Virus record (IMG/VR): IMGVR_UViG_3300023070_000001
Span: 1 to 64,000 of that record
DNA: 64,000 nt
From: a virus
Lineage: Duplodnaviria > Caudoviricetes
Direction: 5' to 3' (one strand)
Shown piece after piece: positions 15,405 to 22,691 of the stretch. Under the pieces are notes generated by a model. It was not told where the DNA came from. It did not search any database and saw nothing but the letters and a program-made list of their open reading frames with translations. The translations under genes were made by a program, and so were the position numbers. Each line of letters starts with the position of its first letter. The first letter of the stretch is position 1.

Positions 15405-15795
15405 TAAGAATGCGCTCTACAGTTGCAAAAATAGGCTTAGGTAGATTATAGATTGAATGCCACTTCCAGCTCTCTACCTTATCGGGCTCCATAACTTCAG
15501 GAACACCACCATCATAATAAGCTACCATACCAATATCGATATAGTGCTTGGGATAGTACTCGATGAGGTTGATTACTGAAACAACATGAAGACCACTGTA
15601 CTTTACACTAGAGCCAAGTTCCTCTTCAAGCTCACGCTCAGCACAAGCCTGGAAACTTTCATTAAATTCAAGGTGTCCCCCAGGAAGAGCCCACTGGCCT
15701 TCACCATGAGATCCCTTACGCTTACCCAGAAGAATACGATCCTCTCGGTCGATAAGTGCTACACCTACGCCAACCTTAGTAATGTTATCTGTCAT
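15364..15795 (-). CDS. NUDIX hydrolase
   Basis: Nudix box GGHLEFNESFQACAERELEEELG. Confidence 0.92.
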   Translation of the reverse strand: MTDNITKVGVGVALIDREDRILLGKRKGSHGEGQWALPGGHLEFNESFQACAERELEEELGSSVKYSGLHVVSVINLIEYYPKHYIDIGMVAYYDGGVPEVMEPDKVESWKWHSIYNLPKPIFATVERILNAASGGSRFYDCA

Positions 15796-15801
15796 GCTCT
15801 C

Positions 15802-15830
15802 ATCCTAGTAGAGTCACACAAGTCTGTCAA
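15802..15830 (-). promoter_or_regulatory. promoter TTGACA-N17-TAGGAT
   Basis: Consensus match just upstream of the NUDIX ATG. Confidence 0.75.
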
Positions 15831-15834
15831 GTAG

Positions 15835-15861
15835 AAAACCCACACCATCTGGTGTGGGTTT
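15835..15861 (-). terminator. intrinsic terminator
   Basis: AAACCCACACCA/TGGTGTGGGTTT stem plus T-run. Confidence 0.7.
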
Positions 15862-15866
15862 ATCAA

Positions 15867-16031
15867 TTATCCTTCGAACTTATATTTCTTGAAGGGTGAA
15901 TTTGAAGGCAACTTATCAAAAGCCTTGCGGGCCTTTTTTCTGTTATCTGTAGATGGCATACGAGCTGATGCCTCTGCTGCCCTTACAAATTCTTTCTCTT
16001 CTTTAGTTGTAGGCTCATGATCTGTTGGCAT
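15867..16031 (-). CDS. 54-aa basic microprotein
   Basis: Hand-translated; AGGAG RBS. Confidence 0.55.
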   Translation of the reverse strand: MPTDHEPTTKEEKEFVRAAEASARMPSTDNRKKARKAFDKLPSNSPFKKYKFEG

Positions 16032-16053
16032 TTAATTCTCCTAGAGTAATGGG

Positions 16054-16128
16054 TACCTGTAGTGGGACTCGAACCCACACTGAACGGATTTTAAGTCCGC
16101 ATCCTCTAACCGATTGGGATACACAGGC
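16054..16128 (-). tRNA. tRNA-Leu(TAA), short variable loop (same anticodon as bldA)
   Basis: GCCTGTG/TACAGGT acceptor, CT-TAA-AA loop, A73. Confidence 0.88.
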
Positions 16129-16159
16129 TTGATTGGCACTGTGTTAGCGCCAACGTTTA

Positions 16160-16315
16160 TCATAAAGTGAAATCGATGTGCCTTGTTTTACATTTGCAAC
16201 TAGTGCAACCATTTTTGTCATGCTGACTACGCCCGTGGCCACAAGGCGGTGGACAGATTTTCTCTTTACGAGGGTAATCTAGTCTACCTTTGTCAGGCTT
16301 TTTAGGCTTAGTCAT
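16160..16315 (-). CDS. 51-aa zinc-binding microprotein (CPPPCGHGRSQH...GCTSCKC)
   Basis: Hand-translated; coupled to the upstream ORF. Confidence 0.55.
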   Translation of the reverse strand: MTKPKKPDKGRLDYPRKEKICPPPCGHGRSQHDKNGCTSCKCKTRHIDFTL

Positions 16316-16488
16316 TAGCTCTTGCCGCCTCTTAGATAATTTTCATACGCTGCAATAGCATTTTTTAAATTATCTCTAAGCTTCTTAGGGACAGGAACTC
16401 CACGTTCCTTCTCTTCTTCTTTTGCTCTCATTAAAGCATCATTTGCTTTAACTACACTACGAGAATAAGCTTTTAACTTATCATCCAT
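16315..16488 (-). CDS. 57-aa helical microprotein (paralog B)
   Basis: Hand-translated; aligns with 16488-16637. Confidence 0.6.
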   Translation of the reverse strand: MDDKLKAYSRSVVKANDALMRAKEEEKERGVPVPKKLRDNLKNAIAAYENYLRGGKS

Positions 16489-16637
16489 TACGATTCATAT
16501 TCCTTAATGGCATCTCTAAGTTCTTTAAGTACACTATCAGGTACTTGTTTCCCTTTCAGCCTTTTTTCTTTCCTAGCTTTTGCTACAGCAGCATCAGCGT
16601 CTTGCACTCTTTTCAGAGTATTAGCATTTTTGGGCAA
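16488..16637 (-). CDS. 49-aa helical microprotein (paralog A, TTG start)
   Basis: Hand-translated; aligns with 16315-16488. Confidence 0.6.
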   Translation of the reverse strand: MPKNANTLKRVQDADAAVAKARKEKRLKGKQVPDSVLKELRDAIKEYES

Positions 16638-16747
16638 AATAATTCTTTCTATTTTCAAAAATGATATGGTTGAGGAACCGACGATCAGGCGTCAGACTTC
16701 TGTCCCGTAAGGGCAGTGTTCTGTCTACTCTTAAACTATTCCCCAAG

Positions 16748-16822
16748 TACCGATGAAAGGATTCGAACCTTCAACATCCTGATTCTAAGTCAGGCACCTC
16801 TAGCCATTTGGGTCACATCGGC
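16748..16822 (-). tRNA. tRNA-Leu(TAG), short variable loop
   Basis: GCCGATG/CATCGGT acceptor, CT-TAG-AA loop. Confidence 0.88.
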
Positions 16823-16850
16823 ATAGCCCCGAAGGGCTTACTATTAATAA

Positions 16851-17048
16851 TTAAACTTCTTCTCTATCAACTTCGATAGTTACGTTAAGAACCTTGCCCT
16901 CACGTACCCAAACTGGCTGCTCTCCCTGTCCACCAGCAGTGAACTTAAGGGTAGTATCGCCATCCTTAGCAGTGATTGCGCTCTGCCAATGGCCCTCATC
17001 AGCAGGCTTTGGCTTTACAGTAGCTACTGTAACATCTCGCATGAACAT
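16851..17048 (-). CDS. hypothetical protein
   Basis: 65-aa ORF. Confidence 0.5.
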   Translation of the reverse strand: MFMRDVTVATVKPKPADEGHWQSAITAKDGDTTLKFTAGGQGEQPVWVREGKVLNVTIEVDREEV

Positions 17049-17100
17049 TGTCTAGCTCCCATCGATATACCTGAATACGAACATCTAGTATATCGGCTGA

Positions 17101-17268
17101 CTAGCCATTCTTGTTGATAGCAGCAAGGACAGCTTTAGCATCTTGAAGTTCTTTCCTCAGAGCCTTTAGCTTCTTTGCATCTTTAGTAGTTAGCTTTTCA
17201 ACAGCGATCTTATTCATAATACGTTCAATAACACGTTCGGCATCAGTTCTAGTTGTAATCTTAGCCAA
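17101..17268 (-). CDS. 55-aa helical basic protein (TTG start)
   Basis: AGGAG RBS before TTG; the longer track ORF overlaps a tRNA and a terminator. Confidence 0.55.
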   Translation of the reverse strand: MAKITTRTDAERVIERIMNKIAVEKLTTKDAKKLKALRKELQDAKAVLAAINKNG

Positions 17269-17296
17269 TTGAATTACTCCTATGTCAGTTAAATAC

Positions 17297-17325
17297 AGGG
17301 GTATGAGATGCGACCTCATACCCCT
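17297..17325 (-). terminator. hairpin after tRNA-Leu
   Basis: 11-bp AGGGGTATGAG/CTCATACCCCT stem. Confidence 0.55.
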
Positions 17326-17328
17326 AAG

Positions 17329-17409
17329 TGCTCGTAACAGGAGTCGAACCTGCATACCTCTCGGCGTCACGTTCTAAGCGTGATGTGTATTCCGTTCCAC
17401 CATACGAGC
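17329..17409 (-). tRNA. tRNA-Leu(TAG), long variable arm
   Basis: Class II cloverleaf. Confidence 0.92.
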
Positions 17410-17416
17410 ATGAAAC

Positions 17417-18010
17417 CTATTTAAAATGATTCCTTACCTCTGCTACCTGAGTATTAAGATTTGCTACGGTAACAGTTAATTCTGATAGCTTAGCTACCGC
17501 CTTGTTCAACTCTACCAGACTAGCGGCCACCTTAGCAACCTCAGTAGATAACTTACTGATAGCTAAAAGATCCTCATCTACATAAGGCCAAGGGTGCTGT
17601 ACACCTAGTCTAGCATCTGGTAGGTACTGCTCGTAAGGGGCAACACCACTTGCGTTTTTGGTGAATACAGACCAAGAAGTGAAGGTACGCCCTGCACCCT
17701 TGAAGATTTCATATGCTGCGGCAGTATTTACTACAGGATCTCTCCATCTACCACCAGCAGCCTGAATCTTAGGATATTGCCAACGCCCTGAGAGCTGAAA
17801 GATTCCATGATCTCTCTGCCCAATACTAGCAGGATCACTAGTAATAGGTGCAGTAGTACGAGAAATGGATTCTGTGTCTGCACTAGATTCGGCAAAAGCT
17901 ACCGCCACAGCAACAACAGCCTCGGTATCTGTTGTACCGGGTACAATTGTAGTTTTACTGAAGCCAGCCTTAATAACAAGGTCAGCAATTTCATGTGGTG
18001 ATAGCTTCAT
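17417..18010 (-). CDS. lysozyme-like/lytic transglycosylase (endolysin candidate) with C-terminal coiled coil
   Basis: AVAVAFAESS catalytic Glu, GIFQL, DPVVNTAAAYEIF, W motif. Confidence 0.8.
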   Translation of the reverse strand: MKLSPHEIADLVIKAGFSKTTIVPGTTDTEAVVAVAVAFAESSADTESISRTTAPITSDPASIGQRDHGIFQLSGRWQYPKIQAAGGRWRDPVVNTAAAYEIFKGAGRTFTSWSVFTKNASGVAPYEQYLPDARLGVQHPWPYVDEDLLAISKLSTEVAKVAASLVELNKAVAKLSELTVTVANLNTQVAEVRNHFK

Positions 18011-18032
18011 AATTAGTCCTTAATTCAGAGAG

Positions 18033-18105
18033 CACCGGTTGCAAGAATCGAACTCGCACAGACGCGGGTTTGGAAGCCGCCGCACTACCATTATACTAAA
18101 CCGGC
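18033..18105 (-). tRNA. tRNA-Trp(CCA)
   Basis: Canonical cloverleaf, G73. Confidence 0.9.
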
Positions 18106-18180
18106 ATTAATTCGGAGATTCAATAAGGAGGGTTGCGATCCCTCATATCATACTTACTTGCACTCCTAGGTTTGGTCAAG

Positions 18181-18352
18181 CCGCGCAAAGGACTTACGCT
18201 AGTCTCATCTGAACCCTAACAGATGACTCTGTCAAAATCAACAGACACCAAGTGTTCCAGGGGAAGCTCATGCTTCTCGTATACCCGCTCGCCTCGACGA
18301 GACCCCTTGGATTACTATGATTCTAGTAGCTTGCATCAGAGGCTATCTAAAA
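18181..18352 (-). ncRNA. candidate structured RNA downstream of the Met tRNAs
   Basis: Several nested hairpins, no credible ORF on the sense strand. Confidence 0.35.
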
Positions 18353-18359
18353 TCTTACG

Positions 18360-18431
18360 TGGCGGATACCTGAGTCGAACAGGTGATTTCAAGCTCATGA
18401 CGCTTGCGAGATACCACTTCTCCAATCCGCT
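18360..18431 (-). tRNA. tRNA-Met(CAT), initiator-like
   Basis: A1xC72 mismatch, A11-U24 type D-stem, GT-CAT-GA loop. Confidence 0.8.
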
Positions 18432-18433
18432 AG

Positions 18434-18504
18434 TACCGAGTGATGGTAACGATCCATCTTCTATGCCTTATGAGAGCATCGTTCTACCTTTAAACTAACC
18501 CGGC
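18434..18504 (-). tRNA. tRNA-Met/Ile2(CAT), elongator type, atypical T-loop ATCGTTA
   Basis: GCCGGGT/ACTCGGT acceptor, CT-CAT-AA loop. Confidence 0.8.
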
Positions 18505-18515
18505 CTGCTCCTACC

Positions 18516-18544
18516 AGCTTAGCAGAGCAGTTAAACCTTGTCAA
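18516..18544 (-). promoter_or_regulatory. promoter TTGACA-N17-TAAGCT
   Basis: Consensus match immediately upstream of tRNA-Met. Confidence 0.75.
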
Positions 18545-18694
18545 CTACTTTGCCTTGTAGAATCCGCTGTTAGGATCTGAAATATGAGATTTATGAATCC
18601 ACTTACCACTTGCAATTCTTACAAGTTTATTAAGTGGTGTGGGTTTATGTCCACATGCTGCACAGTTAGCAGGTGCCTTCTTATCCGTCTTCAT
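18545..18694 (-). CDS. 49-aa CxxC/His microprotein
   Basis: Hand-translated CAACGH...WIH..H. Confidence 0.55.
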   Translation of the reverse strand: MKTDKKAPANCAACGHKPTPLNKLVRIASGKWIHKSHISDPNSGFYKAK

Positions 18695-18888
18695 ACCAGC
18701 AAGTCTACAACAGGCTTATTGGTTGAGTCAAGCTTAGGCATTCCACCATACTGATCAGGATCAACGCCTGTCATTAATGCTATAGCAGATTCACTACTCC
18801 CGTCAAGGCGCTCAAGATGAACTTGTACCATGGAGTAGTAAGGTCCACAATAATCAGATAGACTCTCGCTTGAGTCGCTTTCTATCAT
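18691..18888 (-). CDS. hypothetical protein
   Basis: 65-aa ORF. Confidence 0.4.
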   Translation of the reverse strand: MIESDSSESLSDYCGPYYSMVQVHLERLDGSSESAIALMTGVDPDQYGGMPKLDSTNKPVVDLLV

Positions 18889-18988
18889 ACTTCTTCCTAT
18901 TCTTATGCTTAGAAGATGCGTTAGAGCGGCGAAGTTCTAGGAGCTGACGTAGTTCCTCAGCATCCATCTTGCGCTTATAAGTTTGCAT
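18854..18988 (-). CDS. 44-aa very basic microprotein (LRRSNASSKHKNRKKYDRK)
   Basis: Hand-translated; GGAG RBS. Confidence 0.55.
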   Translation of the reverse strand: MQTYKRKMDAEELRQLLELRRSNASSKHKNRKKYDRKRLKRESI

Positions 18989-19034
18989 GTCAGCTCCCTT
19001 CATGACTTCAATCTATCAGAGTAGGTCTGAGGTG

Positions 19035-19223
19035 TCAAGCGTCGTAGTAATTATCGTTTCTAATATTTACATCGACTACAGAAATCAACTCTTGAGCACG
19101 AACCTTAAAGCCCTCTAGCTCTGATCTCTTATACAGGCTGGCATTTTCAGTAATGTCTTTAATAACAAAGATTAGCTCGCTCATTAATTGAGCTACATAA
19201 GGTGTTGTGGATTCACTCATCAT
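19035..19223 (-). CDS. hypothetical protein
   Basis: 62-aa ORF in an operon. Confidence 0.5.
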   Translation of the reverse strand: MMSESTTPYVAQLMSELIFVIKDITENASLYKRSELEGFKVRAQELISVVDVNIRNDNYYDA

Positions 19224-19425
19224 CCTGCCATTCTACTACGGTCTTACCGCCATGACCGTGAATAATAATTACATCAGCAATACTTTTATAGAAACAGACA
19301 GAACTGGTAGATGTCATCCACCTCATAGCGCAGGAACCATCAGTAAACTGAACACCTTCAGTTACTATACCTACTCCTGAGATTCCTGTCTCATCATCTA
19401 ATCTACGGAGGTTGAATCTACGCAA
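19213..19425 (-). CDS. conserved phage hypothetical protein (D.TGISG.G.V.EGVQF.DG...MRW)
   Basis: Recognisable widespread phage motif. Confidence 0.75.
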   Translation of the reverse strand: MRRFNLRRLDDETGISGVGIVTEGVQFTDGSCAMRWMTSTSSVCFYKSIADVIIIHGHGGKTVVEWQDDE

Positions 19426-19542
19426 GGTTCCTCTTCTTTCTTAGTATATTTATTAAACAGTTCTTGAAGCTCTTCATAAAGTTTCTGAACTTTATCCTTA
19501 TCTTCATCAGATAAGTTATCCCAATCTAGTACACCATCATCA

Positions 19543-19899
19543 TTAGGCATTTCTTGCCCTCATAACTACAATAAGCCATTCATCAGGATTATCCTGCTGT
19601 AGAAATACTAATTCCTCTACTGACAGATCCCTGGCTTCGAAATCATAATTAGCAGCTTCAGCCATACGCATAACCATCTCAGTACAATCTGATGTAATAA
19701 CTGCTTTAACTACTGCTACATCATCACTGAGGCAAGCCCAGATTTCACCACAAGCAAATCCCCTTGCAAATTCTGGGTCCTCAGAGTCAAATACCAAGAG
19801 GAATTCCTCAGAATCCATACTCTTTTTGATTCCTCTATTATCCTTGGATCTCATTAGATTCCGCCAATCTAATACCGTAATCTTGATATTTCTTAACAA
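19543..19899 (-). CDS. hypothetical protein (PEFARGF.CG.IW)
   Basis: ORF in an operon; true start probably downstream. Confidence 0.6.
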   Translation of the reverse strand: MLRNIKITVLDWRNLMRSKDNRGIKKSMDSEEFLLVFDSEDPEFARGFACGEIWACLSDDVAVVKAVITSDCTEMVMRMAEAANYDFEARDLSVEELVFLQQDNPDEWLIVVMRARNA

Positions 19900-20206
19900 C
19901 CATCCAGTGCATCTTATGCGTTACGCCTTCAGAAATCTCTGAGACCTTAATAAGTTCTACCAGCTCTGTAAGAAACATCGGATAGCATAAGCCAGTATCC
20001 ACATCTTTAAACCTGACTGCACTAGGCGCTAACCAACCATCCAATTTTAGCTTAGCGAGGAATGGAGTATTAGCTCTCCACTCTTCAGGTACTGCCCAGC
20101 GATGAACAGACTTCATCAAATCGCCAGCTTCATTGTAAGGAACTTTGAAATTACCCTTTGGCATTCTACTTAACCTCTTGGTGACATAGTGGGCATTGCC
20201 CTGCAT
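19838..20206 (-). CDS. hypothetical protein
   Basis: ORF in an operon. Confidence 0.6.
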   Translation of the reverse strand: MQGNAHYVTKRLSRMPKGNFKVPYNEAGDLMKSVHRWAVPEEWRANTPFLAKLKLDGWLAPSAVRFKDVDTGLCYPMFLTELVELIKVSEISEGVTHKMHWMVVKKYQDYGIRLAESNEIQG

Positions 20207-21104
20207 TAGTTAATAGTTTGTGTAGTTCGGTTTCGATATCTGATATGGCATGATCTAGAGTATTTATTTGATCGACTAACTCTTGAATCTTCTTTGTAGC
20301 TAGGATAGCAGACTTTAGGGCAGCTTTAAAGCCTCTGAGTTGATCCTGCACCTCTACTAGCTCAGACATACTAGGAGGCTCTGGAATTATTCTAACCTTG
20401 CTGAGGGCATCTGAGGCTTGTTGTGCCCTATCTACAGAGCTAGCTAGGTTGAGTTGCCAAGCATTGATATCTGAAAGTTCCTCCCAGATATCCTCTACCT
20501 CAGTCATCGTGCTAGCCTGAGCTTTAATATCTGTATATTCAACAATCTGCTTCATTACTGCTTCCTGGTCCTTCTTACGCAGGTTCAGTAATGTAGATGC
20601 TGCCTTTGCTTTCTTACTAGCTTTACTAACTGCTGCAAAGATAGTAGAGACATTTGTCAATTCCCCTAGAATCCTTGCAGCATTGCTAGATGTCTCAGTC
20701 AATAGATAAGGTGCATCATGTTGACTAGCGAAACTTATCGACTTTACTTCTTTTGTGCTCGGCGGGATACCAAGAACTTCTGTAACTTGGGAAGGTACTT
20801 GACGATTAAGCTTAGTAAAGCTGGATTCTTTGCTACCAATCTCAGTAATCTTGTAAACACTAGATCCTCCTACGCTTCTTTCAATAGTTACTGTAGCATT
20901 ATCTGTGGTAACCGCTACAGATGCATGTTTAGTTCCTTGCATTATATTATCGGAGTTCAATGAATTACTAGCGATGGCCTCGATAGCTCTGATTAAAGCT
21001 GACTTTCCACTACTAGATGCACCGACAATTACAGTAAACTTTCCCAGTTCAATTTCTACATCTTGTAGACTCTGGAAATTCTTACATGATATAGAGTGAA
21101 TCAC
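20166..21104 (-). CDS. SbcC/Rad50-like ATPase, N-terminal half with zinc hook
   Basis: KNFQS, Walker A GASSSGKS, Q-loop FASQHD, coiled coil, terminal CPLC; no signature or Walker B motif. Confidence 0.8.
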   Translation of the reverse strand: MIHSISCKNFQSLQDVEIELGKFTVIVGASSSGKSALIRAIEAIASNSLNSDNIMQGTKHASVAVTTDNATVTIERSVGGSSVYKITEIGSKESSFTKLNRQVPSQVTEVLGIPPSTKEVKSISFASQHDAPYLLTETSSNAARILGELTNVSTIFAAVSKASKKAKAASTLLNLRKKDQEAVMKQIVEYTDIKAQASTMTEVEDIWEELSDINAWQLNLASSVDRAQQASDALSKVRIIPEPPSMSELVEVQDQLRGFKAALKSAILATKKIQELVDQINTLDHAISDIETELHKLLTNAGQCPLCHQEVK

Positions 21105-21164
21105 TAATCCTCCATACGCTAAGAGCCACCGAACCCTGTTCAGGCTGGTGGCTCTAGTATAGCA

Positions 21165-21347
21165 TCATTTTGCTATGATGTAACCCTTGCCCTCGCAAGG
21201 TCCACAATCTACAGCAACAAATTTATCAGAAGACTTAATAAACTTAACGTCTTTAAGTTTAGCCCTTGGAACTAAAATCTTTCCATCTTTACATGCTAAG
21301 CACGTAACTCTGGAACCCTTTAAGGGTTTAGGATACTTACTACTCAT
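21165..21347 (-). CDS. DnaJ-type CxxCxGxG zinc-finger microprotein
   Basis: CLACKDGK...CGPCEGKG. Confidence 0.65.
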   Translation of the reverse strand: MSSKYPKPLKGSRVTCLACKDGKILVPRAKLKDVKFIKSSDKFVAVDCGPCEGKGYIIAK

Positions 21348-21355
21348 TTAATTCC

Positions 21356-21652
21356 TCAGACTACGAAGTATCGTTTACCCTTACAGCCCTTGCAAGTATC
21401 TTTAACTGCAAGTTCACCTGTCTTCTTGTTAGCAGGTCTGACAAGAACAATACCCTTACCTTTACAGCCAGCACAAGTGATTTTATCACCCTTTTTAACT
21501 GTAGGGTATTTATCTTTCTTAACTCGCTGAACTGCATTTGCAGTGTTTACGCCAGGACGCTTGACCCTAGCAATAATATCATAGCAATCCTTACATCGTA
21601 GATTATCTTGCGCATCTACAAACATGTTAAGGCCGTGCTTTTTACACTCCAT
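21356..21652 (-). CDS. zinc-finger protein with CxxCxGxG repeats
   Basis: CKKH..CKDC; CAGCKGKG...CKGCKGK. Confidence 0.65.
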   Translation of the reverse strand: MECKKHGLNMFVDAQDNLRCKDCYDIIARVKRPGVNTANAVQRVKKDKYPTVKKGDKITCAGCKGKGIVLVRPANKKTGELAVKDTCKGCKGKRYFVV

Positions 21653-21770
21653 TATTTTTAGGTTTTCCCTTAATATGATTTGGAGTTAGGGCTCTACCAC
21701 AGTGATAACATCGAGTAATACCCTTAGTAATAATTATTCTTTCGCCATGTTGTTCACATTTTTTAGGCAC
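21642..21770 (-). CDS. 42-aa zinc-binding microprotein after tRNA-Arg (GTG start)
   Basis: MPKKCEQHG...RCYHCG; N73-C-GTG. Confidence 0.6.
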   Translation of the reverse strand: MPKKCEQHGERIIITKGITRCYHCGRALTPNHIKGKPKNNGV

Positions 21771-21771
21771 G

Positions 21772-21844
21772 TGCCCCAGGAGGGATTCGAACCCCCAACC
21801 TGACGGGTAGAAACCGCCTGCTCTATCCATTGAGCTACTGAGGC
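21772..21844 (-). tRNA. tRNA-Arg(TCT)
   Basis: Canonical cloverleaf. Confidence 0.92.
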
Positions 21845-21992
21845 ATTAGTTAACAGGGTGCCAGCCCTGCTTTTACCATTACGGTCCCCAAGGTCTCCCG
21901 ACCCTGAATAACGAATGCTGGCACATAAGTTTTTGGCCAACCGTACTTGCTAGTTCCATACATACGGGAAGTATACTAGCACCCCACCTGCG

Positions 21993-22068
21993 TGATCCAT
22001 GTAGGATTTGAACCTACGCACTTCGGATTAAAAGTCCGCTGCTCTATACCAGACTGAGCTAATGGATC
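21993..22068 (-). tRNA. tRNA-Lys(TTT)
   Basis: Canonical cloverleaf. Confidence 0.92.
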
Positions 22069-22139
22069 ATTAAATGAAATTGTTGGGAAAGGCTATGCCC
22101 TTTATTCCAAGGGGATGTCTATGCCCATACAATTTCAAG

Positions 22140-22214
22140 TGGTTCATCTCGGATTCGAACCGAGGATCTTCGGATTAAGAGGCCGCTGCTTTAGCCAGGC
22201 TAAGCTAATGAACC
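22140..22214 (-). tRNA. tRNA-Lys(CTT)
   Basis: Canonical cloverleaf. Confidence 0.9.
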
Positions 22215-22282
22215 ATACATGATTTATCCATCACCAACTTAGGGTGGCACCCGCTTTATAATGGATTCGTTCACAGACGAGG

Positions 22283-22359
22283 TGGTGGATCGAGTGGGAT
22301 TCGAACCCACGACCAATGGATTAAGAGTCCACTGCTCTATACCGCTGAGCTACCGATCC
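22283..22359 (-). tRNA. tRNA-Lys(CTT), CCA encoded
   Basis: Canonical cloverleaf ending ACCA. Confidence 0.93.
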
Positions 22360-22375
22360 ATAATTGCCTTTCAAG

Positions 22376-22446
22376 TACCCGGTGACAGAATCGAACTGCC
22401 GTCTGCACGGTGTAAACGTGCGGCCCTCCCATTAGACGAACCGGGC
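22376..22446 (-). tRNA. tRNA-Val(TAC)
   Basis: Canonical cloverleaf. Confidence 0.9.
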
Positions 22447-22691
22447 TTGGTGCCGTGGAAATTTTCAGATCAGCAAGAGCTTAAGTTAACTGACCCTATA
22501 TTCTAGACCGCATTATCGTTACCCACAGCTATAACAATCTAGAAGCTTAGCATAAATCGTAACACGGACTCCCACCGTTAGTCTAGCACACTTTCCCAGA
22601 TCCAAGATTTATGTATGTTAGAGTACATCTAGCACATTAGCATTTAATTAGCGCCCACATGGACAAGTAACTTACTGTGTACTCTAAATCT

